Assembly (NCBI GenBank): GCA_964016885.1
Contig: OZ024740.1
Coordinates: forward strand, 152,086,001-152,150,000
DNA: 64,000 nucleotides
From: Eledone cirrhosa
Taxonomy: Eukaryota
Direction of reading: 5' to 3'
Positions 1-11,309 of the stretch are shown one piece after another. Every line of letters starts with the position of its first letter. The stretch's first letter is position 1. The position numbers and the translations under genes were made by a program. Below the pieces are notes generated by a model. It was given only the letters and a program-made list of their open reading frames with translations, was not told the origin of the DNA and did no database searches.

Positions 1-140
1 CCTCGCTCTGTCTCTCTTTCTCTCTGTGATATTTGACTATACTATGATTTGGGCTTACCTTATTCCTATATATATGTTTTTGCATGTCAATTATTAGATT
101 CAAACTTACAATGATTGGCATTATATATATATATATATAT

Positions 141-1700
141 ATTTCGTTTCTGAATTTGTTTAGCAAGATTCTTTATCTGAAACCGTGTGTTGAAACCGAT
201 ATTGTTATACTTTGGGAGGGTCATGTTGCCAATAAGAAACTCACGCGCCAGTTGCTTTCACTTCAATTTATTATAATAAATTTATAATAAATTTATAAAT
301 TTATAAATTTCTGGTTGGTTGGTTCCACAACCAGATAGTTGTCATATTGTCATAGTTCTTTCGTCACACACTCTGTGACCTCTTCAGTGACTGGGATTCC
401 TTTCTTTGTTTTTGTGTCTCTCCTTTGTTCTGTCCTACGCCATTTTTTTTCTGTGTGTGTGTTGTGTGCTCAGTCTGCGCATGCGCCACATCCGGGTGTC
501 TGTGTGTGTTTATGTTCATTTATTTATTTGTTTATTTACCTGTTACTGGTTGGTTGTTTGTTCTATGTGTGTGTGTGTATTCATTTTGTCCTTAATTGTA
601 AGTTGTGATGTTGCTGTTCCACTCATATTTTCTATTTAATTTTGGTTGTAATTCTTTTATGTTTATTGCCTCTGTGATTTGTCTAAACATTGCGTCTTTT
701 CTGTGTGTAGATTCTATTTTTATTTCTATGTTCTCTAATTTACCCTTGTGTTCTATTTTAGCATGTTGGTAGAGTACAGATGATTCTTTACTATCTTGAA
801 GGTCTCGCCAGTGTTCATTTATCCGTTCCCCTACACTACGAGCTGTCTCACCTATGTACACTATATTTTTGTCTCTACATTGTCCTTCAGTACATCTTAT
901 GCTATACACTACATTTCTAGTTTTACAGTTAATATGGGGGCTTATTTTACAGGTTATACAATTCTTATCTATACATGAGGGTCTTTGAAAAGGGTATGTC
1001 TTGCTAATAAGTGTTTTTACGGAGGTACCTGGTCTTTCTACTATCTTAATATTGAGTTTATGTTTATCTAGGGCCCTTCTAAATTTGTAAGCTAATTCAC
1101 CTCTAGGGGTTGTATCGATGAACATTACACTCTGGTATTTATTGCTATCATACCATGAGTTTATTCTATTAGCCCTTGTTCCTAGTTCTTTCTATTCTAT
1201 TCCAAAATTTGCTCCTGTACAAGGGGCAGGTCCCATTTATGTCATTATTTACCATTTTTTCCCATTTGGTTCTGGCTCCTCTATACACTCTGATTTTATC
1301 TCTCTGATTGTAGCCAGAGAACTGCATACGGTGGATGAAGTGTTGTATGTGTCTCTCTAGTTCTTCGGCGTTGCACATGCGGGACACGTTTCTCATCACC
1401 CGTACCAAATCCGCAATCAGTATGTTGATTTTGGTATGGTCCGAAACGGCTGAGTTTCGGTGGATCAGATGTTTGGAAGTCATGGGTTTGGCATAATGGG
1501 AATGGAGGATTTGTTTTTTGTTATTAATGGTATCTAACCAGAGCTCTGTGTCTAGTACAGGTAATCGATGGTTGGGGTGTTTACTTGGGTAGTCTATAGT
1601 AACTCTAATGCTCTGGTGGATGGAGTTAGCTATTTGCTGGAGGCTTTCCATTGTGTTTTTCTCTAGTTCCTGACTGTTCTCTAGTGGGGGTGTCTTAACT
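141..1700 (-). mobile_element. Penelope-like retroelement, 5'-truncated: RT C-terminal region, Cys linker, GIY-YIG endonuclease, pLTR/3' tail
   Basis: ORF 1169-1717 has PLE RT/thumb motifs (LPVLD..W, HYAKPM, MQFSGY). After one frameshift near 1185, ORF 592-1125 has a C-x4-C-x2-C linker, VVYSIRC...YIGETARSVGERINEH and RQITEAINI...LN. Ends in (TA)n at 122-141. Confidence 0.92.
349..391 (-). ncRNA. Minimal type I hammerhead ribozyme motif in PLE pLTR
   Basis: GUCA-CUGAAGA-G-GUCACA(gagug)UGUGAC-GAAA-GAAC-UA-UGAC on the minus strand. Confidence 0.75.
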
Positions 1701-2206
1701 TGACATACCCTTTTCAAAGACCCTCATGTATAGATAAGAAATGTATAACCTGTAAAATAAGCCCCCATATTAACTGTAAAACTAGAAATGTAGTGTATAG
1801 CATAAGATGTACTGAAGGACAATGTAGAGACAAAAATATAGTGTACATAGGTGAGACAGCTCGTAGTGTAGGGGAACGGATAAATGAACACTGGCGAGAC
1901 CTTCAAGATAGTAAAGAATCATCTGTACTCTACCAACATGCTAAAATAGAACACAAGGGTAAATTAGAGAACATAGAAATAAAAATAGAATCTACACACA
2001 GAAAAGACGCAATGTTTAGACAAATCACAGAGGCAATAAACATAAAAGAATTACAACCAAAATTAAATAGAAAATATGAGTGGAACAGCAACATCACAAC
2101 TTACAATTAAGGACAAAATGAATACACACACACACATAGAACAAACAACCAACCAGTAACATGTAAATAAACAAATAAATAAATGAACATAAACACACAC
2201 AGACAC

Positions 2207-2264
2207 CCGGATGTGGCGCATGCGCAGACTGAGCACACAACACACACACAGAAACAAAATGGCG
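2207..2264 (+). promoter_or_regulatory. Candidate pLTR promoter with ETS-, NRF1- and YY1-like motifs
   Basis: CCGGATGT, GCGCATGCGC and AAAATGGCG within about 60 bp, just upstream of the hammerhead. Mirrored at about 438-496 on the minus strand. Confidence 0.5.
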
Positions 2265-2311
2265 TAGGACAGAACAAAGGAGAGGCACAAAAACAAAGAA
2301 AGGAATCCCCA

Positions 2312-2354
2312 GTCACTGAAGAGGTCACAGAGTGTGTGACGAAAGAACTATGAC
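2312..2354 (+). ncRNA. Minimal type I hammerhead ribozyme motif in the inverted pLTR
   Basis: gtca ctgaaga g gtcaca gagtg tgtgac gaaa gaac ta tgac. Confidence 0.75.
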
Positions 2355-2503
2355 AATATATAAACAACTATCTGGTTGTGGAACCAACCAACCAACCAGA
2401 AATTTATAAATTTATAAATTTATTATAAATTTATTATAATAAATTGAAGTGAAAGCAACTGGTGCGTGTGTTTCTTATTGGCAACATGACCCTCCCAAAG
2501 TAT

Positions 2504-2589
<86 letters not shown>

Positions 2590-2592
<3 letters not shown>

Positions 2593-3230
2593 AATTAAAA
2601 TACTAGAGTGTGTTGGAGTTAAACACCCTCTTCGTATTATAGAAATGACAGTAAAGGTATAGCTCAATGTAATTAAACAGAGCCGAAGAATTATGAAAAT
2701 AAACCAAAGAAGCCTTCAATACATCAAAAGTCTTTATTAGCCAACAATGTTTCGTCCTATTAAGGGCTCATCAGGGCAATTAAAGCTATAAGAAGCACTA
2801 TCGGCCAATACAAGCCAAAAACTCAGAAGAATATGGAGTGTACATACATTAAAGCATAGGAAAATTATCGGGTAAAAATTATCAAGTAAAAATTGCTAAG
2901 GAAGTAAATAACATTTTGAACCATATTACAAATATAGTCCAATGCAAAAACTAAAGCTAAACAAAGGTGGTGATATAGAGCGGGAATTATTGTACTATAT
3001 ATAATATAATATAATATAATATAATATAATATAATATAATATAATATAATATAATATAATATAATATAATTGATAATGATACACTCCATATTCTTCTGAG
3101 TGTTTGGCTTGTATTGGCCGATAGTGCTTCTTATAGCTTTAATTGCCCTGATGAGTCCTTAATAGGACGAAACATTGTTGGCTAATAAAGACTTTTGATG
3201 TATTGAAGGCTTCTTTGGTTTATTTTCATA

Positions 3231-3232
<2 letters not shown>
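2590..3232. mobile_element. Non-coding PLE-type inverted-repeat fragment (arms 2690-2842 and 3080-3232) around (ATAAT)n, flanked by (TA)n
   Basis: About 150-bp arms are near-exact reverse complements, and each carries a hammerhead motif. Confidence 0.8.
3145..3182 (+). ncRNA. Minimal hammerhead ribozyme (minus-strand twin at 2740-2777)
   Basis: GCC-CUGAUGA-GUCCU(uaau)AGGAC-GAAA-CAUUG-UU-GGC, with canonical core and G-C closing of helix II. Confidence 0.85.
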
Positions 3233-4021
<789 letters not shown>

Positions 4022-4253
4022 TAGTGGACTAGGTCTAAAAATATTGGTTGCCAGATGAAGGGAGCCCACCTACATATAGAATGCTATCATTTAATTTTTA
4101 TAATGAATAAGTAACATTTTCAAAAATTACATAAGAAGAAACAAAACCGTGCAATCAAATTTTTGTGGAAAAATATCTTACCTTCACCAATAAAAAATAT
4201 TATGTATTTTGCGAATTCAATAATGTCCTTTGGTCTTTCACACTCACTCAATA

Positions 4254-4365
4254 TACGAGGTGGGTCAGAAAAGCTCCAGGACTGATATCACAAAAGCTTT
4301 ATTTCAAACCCAAGCTTCACACTAAGAGTTTTCTTCTTCGAATTAATGCCCCGACACACCTCGTA
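4254..4365. mobile_element. Mini-mariner (MITE) of the same family as 43220-44145
   Basis: TACGAGGTGGGTCAGAAAAG... left TIR joined to a short ...GACACACCTCGTA right end, with TA flanks. Confidence 0.8.
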
Positions 4366-4594
4366 TATATATATCACATAAGAAACTTAGAAACAGTGGT
4401 GCGACGAATAAATTTTTTTAGACATATTACAATCGTTTCTCTGGCGACCAGCTCGAGGCACGATCGATGCAATGATCGAACCTGACTCTCCGTTACTTAT
4501 GTGATATTATACTCTGCTCTGTAAGAGCATCGAGTGTTCAAACGGCCTACCGCTTACGGAGGCTTTAAGCATCCCACATCAATTATGTCTGTGT

Positions 4595-4671
<77 letters not shown>

Positions 4672-4676
<5 letters not shown>

Positions 4677-5589
4677 GTTTACATATATATATAAAGTCAT
4701 AGATATATATGTGTTTTGCAACGGGTCACGTTGTGGCTCAATGAAGAATTAATAAATTAAATAATCAGAGCTATATATCATAAAACATGTCTATAGAATC
4801 ACCAGATAGATTTCTTCATAGGAGCCTTTATACTTATAGCTTGATCTAATTGATTTTTTATATGGTTAATTATGCTAATTGGGAGAGGAAACGGTATATA
4901 TTTTATCTGGTGATTCTATACATATGTTTTATGATATATAGCTCTGATTATTTAATTTATTAATTCTTCATTGAGCCACAACGTGACCCGTTGCAAAACA
5001 CATATATATCTATGACTTTATATATATATATATGTAAACCTTTATATGTAATAATCTCCCGTTAGGTTGAGATACAATTTGGCTGTATTGGGCTGCGTTT
5101 TCTAGCAAAAAGCCTACCAGCCGTAAGCAACTATCACATCCTTTCTAACTTGACCGCTGCTACGTCACGATTCTTAGCCATTTTTTAATGTATTCTTGGC
5201 GTGATCACTGGAAAATTAATTGTCTAAATTTGAGCTAACTCCTGAAGATTCCGAAGCTCTAGATATCCCATGTTATCGGATGTCTTAAAATGCGGACGAA
5301 ACCATGGTAGAGGTAATTAAATATGTACACTTTTCTTCTAGTTTATTTTATACCTAATTCTGTTTAGTTGACTGTATATCTGGTGGATTTATACATGCTG
5401 TCGAAATATTCGATAAATACTCCGTCGTAACCGCCGCGAAGGGGCTGCTTTCGGTTATTTGTCGGAGATTTCTTCATAGGAGCCTTTATTCTTATAGCTT
5501 GATCTAATTGATTTTTTATATGGTTAATTATGCTAATTTGGAGAGGAAACGGTATATATTTTATCTGGTGATTCTATAGACATGTTTCA

Positions 5590-5590
<1 letters not shown>
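4672..5590. mobile_element. Non-coding PLE-type element with inverted and direct terminal duplications in (TA)n
   Basis: 4672-4805 is inverted at 4905-5047. 4808-4930 is repeated directly at 5467-5590. Internal hammerhead. Confidence 0.7.
5239..5312 (+). ncRNA. Hammerhead motif with enlarged helix II loop
   Basis: CUC-CUGAAGA-U-UCCG(~39 nt)CGGA-C-GAAA-CCAUGG-UA-GAG. Palindromic helix III. Confidence 0.75.
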
Positions 5591-5639
<49 letters not shown>

Positions 5640-5737
5640 CACCTTCACCACTAATTGATTTGACAAATGTCTTTAATCCATTGATACCAAATATTATTTG
5701 GTCAGTAGTTCGTGTGTAAGTATATACATATATATAT

Positions 5738-5770
<33 letters not shown>

Positions 5771-6364
5771 CTTGTGTCTATATTATGTTTGCATCCATGA
5801 ATGAATAGACTTAGTGGAATGTACAACCACTGATTCTAGCTATTTGCACTATCATATTTTTTGGCTTCTAGTAATACCCTGGGTTGCCCAAATGCTTTCC
5901 TTAATTGTTTTATTTATTTTTTTTTTTATGTTATTCTTTCCCTTAGATTTCAGGCATTGGTCCCTAAAATACTACTGTGGGCTCTGCAATGCTACTGTAG
6001 GCTCATGCAATGCTACCGTGGGCCTCCTCATGCAATGCTACCGTGATTAATCTCATTTGCATATGAAGCTGCATAAGTTGGCTCAACTTATAATAAAAAA
6101 GAAATAGGACATCACCAGAGGGCGTTAGCGCCCCGGTGTTTGCATAGCTACGGCTTCCTAAGTCCGAATTTCTTTGGAGATACGAAATATTTATACAAAT
6201 TGTATAAAGCTATGCTTGAAGCGAAATCCTATTTTTTTTATTATAAGTTGAGCCAACTTATGCAGCTTCATATGCAAATGAAATTAATCACCTCATTTAC
6301 ACTGACGAGAAAACTATATATTCTCGCCTGTCTTCTAGTCCAGCAGTCACAAGCGGTGGGAGGG

Positions 6365-6408
6365 ACCGAGCTGACGATGGCCAGTTAAGCCTGAAATGCA
6401 TAGACGGT
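6365..6408 (+). ncRNA. Minimal hammerhead motif in a duplicated/inverted fragment (about 6040-6480)
   Basis: ACCGag-CUGACGA-U-GGC(caguuaa)GCC-U-GAAA-UGCA-UA-gaCGGU. Direct repeat 6107-6160/6428-6480 and inverted repeat 6044-6107/6225-6290 nearby. Confidence 0.6.
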
Positions 6409-6559
6409 TGTCCCCCTTGCTTCTGCTGGACATCACCAGAGGGCGTTAGCCCCCCCGGTGTTTGCATAGCTACGACTTCCTAAAACCATATTTCTTTGGA
6501 TATATATATATGTGTGTATAGATATATATATATATAGAGAGAGAGAGAGATAGATAGAG

Positions 6560-7120
6560 AGAGAGAGATAAATCTACCAAAATATACGGTAGTGTCCAAT
6601 CCGTATGAAGAACTCAATGTAATCCAAATATCATGAAAAGAGAAGATGTATTCAAAATTTTTTCGATGAAAAACACAGGAAAACAGAGTCAAGATAAATT
6701 AATAAAAATAATGAATAAAAACAAAGAAACAGTTCCTTATATTAAAAAATTCATCATTTTACGATCGTTTCTAGGATATATATGTGTGTGTTGGTATGTA
6801 TATCATATAGATCTATGTAAAATGTTTACAACTATCAGAGGGAATATACATACCTACACATATATATGCTGTCTTCAGCATATATATGTACAGGTGTAGG
6901 TATGTATATTCCCTCTGATAGTTTGTAAAAAATTTACATAGATCTATATGATATACATACCAACACACACATATATATCATGTATCATTATATTTTGTCT
7001 GATGAGGACGTACTGTTGTACCTCTGAAATATGTATAATAAAATTTAATTGATCAAAAGAACATCTATTTTATTAATATTTGTATTTTAATATTAATAAC
7101 TCTGGAAAATATATATTGTA
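6560..7120. mobile_element. Fold-back non-coding element, same family as 42555-43100, with hammerhead at 6993-7043
   Basis: About 6775-6865 is inverted at about 6895-6978. UUUUGU-CUGAUGA-GGACGUAC(uguu)GUACCUCU-GAAA-UAUGUA-UA-AUAAAA. Confidence 0.65.
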
Positions 7121-7182
7121 GAGTGCTTCCAATCTACTGTAAAACTTATTCTTTGATGTACTCATTGAATCTTGTTCAACTC

Positions 7183-7249
<67 letters not shown>

Positions 7250-7253
<4 letters not shown>

Positions 7254-7384
7254 TTCTAGTTTCATTTTACATTATATACATTTCTCTGTATATTTTAATT
7301 ATTTAAAAATTATTTTTAAGTAAACATGATTTTTAAAAAATTATTTTGAAGTGAATGTGACCCAACGGGTCACAGGTGGTCTAG
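7250..7384 (+). mobile_element. Helitron 3'-terminal fragment (same family as 10509-17750)
   Basis: Hairpin GTGACCC-AAC-GGGTCAC followed by CTAG then T. Upstream AT-rich sequence matches the reverse complement of about 10550-10605. Confidence 0.8.
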
Positions 7385-7695
7385 TTATATATAAATGTGT
7401 GTTCGTGTAAAGCACCGTTCGAAGAGACGCTGGCCGCGAAACACGGGTGTCGCTGACAACGCAGAGAGAATGTATTATGGTTGTCTCCTAGCCTGCTAAA
7501 AATAGCAGTCGGGCTGGTTTTTTTCTTTTTTGATGTTATAAAATGAGTATCATTATATATCTCATAAATATGATGTTAAATAATTTGAGGATGTGTCTGT
7601 CTGCATGCTGGCTTTACTATATACATGTGATCTGGTTCACAGATGAAATTCTAATGTAAAATATACCTTGCGAGATAGTTGAATATGTAACATAC

Positions 7696-7812
7696 TTTTT
7701 TCAGATCTCGTGGGCGACTGCATAATTGCATTAAAACCCATGTAAGCATCAATACACTTATAACTCCACCGACTACGTTGAACACAATTAACCGGTAAGT
7801 TGCGTCTTCCAT
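7696..7812 (-). CDS. Candidate first coding exon of a host gene with an N-terminal signal anchor (MEDATYRLIVFNVVGGVISVLMLTWVLMQLCSRPRDLKK)
   Basis: 39 codons from AAAATGG to a phase-0 GTATGT donor. Hydrophobic ~23-aa stretch followed by basic residues, in non-repetitive sequence. No downstream exon identified. Confidence 0.5.
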
Positions 7813-7986
7813 TTTTTTGTTTCGCATGTTCATTTTACACAAATGTGAATAAACCTACGCAAAACGGATACCCCCTATTTCTTTTCATATATAATCACGT
7901 AGCCACGATCGTCATTGAATTATGTATCTCGGCTTTGTTAATAAAGGACACTTTAATATCTACACCGAACTTCGCATTTTCCTTAG

Positions 7987-8017
<31 letters not shown>

Positions 8018-8172
8018 TTAATACATTAACAGAGAAAGCTTTAAGCAATACTCCGACCGACTTCCGTCTCACTCAACAAACATTAGAATATACCTTAGTA
8101 TAATCCCAATTATACGTTTGGGGTGCTAACTATACGTATTTTGCGGATAGCCAGTTGTATTTTTATATGAGA

Positions 8173-8209
<37 letters not shown>

Positions 8210-9216
8210 CGTATATGTGTGTGTGTGTGTGTGTATGCATATGCACGTATATATATATGTGTGTGTATATATATATATATATTATAGAAATTCTTTCCAT
8301 TTGAAGCTTAGAAGATTCTGGTTTCGCCCTGGTAACACATACACAATGATATATATATATATATACATGGGTAATAAGTTCACAATAATGTCATACGCAG
8401 ATACTAGTGTTTCGTTGGCTTTAGTATTAACTCATTCAGTCTGCTTTGCATATATATATATATGTGTGTGTGTGTGAGTGTATTATTGAATAAAATCACA
8501 GGAGGCTGGAAATTTGAAATTCCTTTAATTTTTTATTCTGCAGGCAATATATATATTTCAATTACCAGTAAGATTCCTTTGACATCATCCGGTGCATTGC
8601 ATAACAGTTATAAAAGAAACATAGTAAACGTTGTGTACACGGAGACAAAAATAGAGATAAAAATACTTGATTCGGGGACAGCTTATGTCTAGTCCTTTAG
8701 GCTTCCTACCCTCGAATGAGTGCTTTTCACACTATCGAATTATGGTTAACTACACAGTATGAATAGTTCTATCCAATGATGAACCACCAACTTCAATGAA
8801 TATATATATAGTATATTTCTGTGTATTGTTTAGTTGTTATTGGTTCACCACTTTGAGCACTGAATGTGGTTCTGTTTGCCTGTGTGGTATTCTAGTTTGG
8901 TATTACACCGTAGTAGGTATTCTAATGGGGTAGAGTGTTAATAATATTGATAAAAAGAGCAGGAACGAAGTATAAGTATAGCATCCCTATGTTTATTCAT
9001 ATGTAATGTTGGTTTTGCCATCGATCAGATCAATGTAAGATCGGTATTGTTCGCCGACTCTAGAATCAATAGCTCATCAGACTTGTGGATTCTCTGCTGA
9101 ATGTAGATATCTCTGCGACAACGTTATATATCCTTAAAGTTTTGCCAATTCATATTCAGTGTGGTGTCATGGTATCCGTTGGATCTCTTTGGTGTGTATT
9201 ATATTTTTTTAGCTAT

Positions 9217-9400
9217 GGCGGTGAATTGGCAGTATCGGTAGAGTGTCGGACATGCTTTCCAGCATAGTTATGTCTCTTTACGATCTGAGTTCAAATCCCG
9301 CCGAGGTTAACTTTGCCTTTCATCCTTACGGGGTCGATAAAATAAAGTACCAGTAATATACTGGAATAATTGCTGGCCTTGTGCCAAAAGTAGAAACAAT
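9217..9400 (+). mobile_element. tRNA-derived SINE with target-site duplication
   Basis: A-box-like TGGCAGTATCGG, B-box GAGTTCAAATCC, core GCCTTTCATCCTT..GGGGTCGATAAAATAAAGTACCAG. TSD about ATTATATTTTTTAGCTATG. Confidence 0.85.
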
Positions 9401-9496
9401 TATATTTTTTTAGCTATGTTGGCAGTAATAGAAATAATGGAGGAAGAGAAACAGCAAGAATGGTATATGCTGGCAATGTTTTCGTTGATAGAATAA

Positions 9497-9716
9497 TGGT
9501 TTCTGATTTTGGCACAAGGCCAACAATTTTAGGGGAAGGAAAAGTCGATTAAATCGACCCCCATTGCGTTACTGGTGCTTTATTTTATCGATCCCGTAAG
9601 GATGAAAGGCTAAACTAACCTTGGCGGGATTTGGACTAAGAACGTAAAGGGCTGTGACTCTATGTCATGAAGCATGGTGTCCGACGCTCTGCCGACACTC
9701 CCAATTCACTATCCTC
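9497..9716 (-). mobile_element. tRNA-derived SINE, same family, with TSD
   Basis: Reverse complement of the same consensus. Flanking TTCGTTGATAGA(A/T)TAAT duplicated. Confidence 0.85.
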
Positions 9717-9779
9717 TTCGTTGATAGATTAATAATATATTGTCTTCCACGAATTTTATTGAAGATGCGGTGTTAAGTC

Positions 9780-10509
<730 letters not shown>

Positions 10510-11309
10510 TAGAGCCGTGACCCGTTGGGTCATGTTCACTTAAAAATATTTTTTAAATATTTAAAATATACACAAAATGTATATAATGTAAAATGACATT
10601 GGAAAGCCAATATATGTATATACATGTATGTGTGTGTGTATATGTACGTGTATATATATATATATGTTTGCGTGTGTGGGTGTCTGTGGCCTATATACAC
10701 TGGTTACATATACATCCTGTCCTAACACAAGTTATAAGATACATATAACTTAATATTCAGTCACCAAATTCAAGCTAGATACAGAAATGATGTATTCAAT
10801 TCTTTGAAGTCACCAGTCATAATTTCATTCAACAACACCACCAGCTCTCTCCCTCTCTCTCTCTCTCTCTCACAACCACTATCTGCGTTTGTATTCACAT
10901 TTCAATGGTACCTTACTTTCAAAGAATTTTCCCATTATGCGCTGATTTGGTTATTTATAAGGGTACCCGAAAAAACCCGCGTATCTCGGGATCCCGTGGT
11001 CCGATTTACGCGAAACTTGTCTTTTCACTGTATTATTCACAAGTATTTTCACAAAGAAAATATCAAATCATTTTTCACTAATAGCTATCCAATAACTCCA
11101 CTTCAAAATTCTTTTTTCTATATCTCTATGGATGCTTGACTGTTTGTTCTGAAAGATTTTTCTTCTTAAAAAGTTGCAATGTTAATGAAAATCTGGTTTT
11201 ATTTACAAAAAGTTGAAAGAAATTATTCTTACTTGTCTTAGTTTTTCCTTTTCCTTTCATTTTCTGACGTCGGAATCAACATTTTCTCATATTTACGCTG
11301 TTACAGTTT

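Larger units (their letters stand above)
1702..2510 (+). mobile_element. Inverted copy of the 3' ~800 bp of the same PLE (GIY-YIG coding part plus pLTR)
   Basis: Near-identical reverse complement of about 200-1000. ORF 1700-2110 repeats the GIY-YIG peptide with one N/K difference. Ends in (TA)n. Confidence 0.93.

Noticed and set aside
9217-9310. Possible tRNA genes at SINE heads
   Set aside because: A/B boxes without a complete cloverleaf, always joined to the SINE core.
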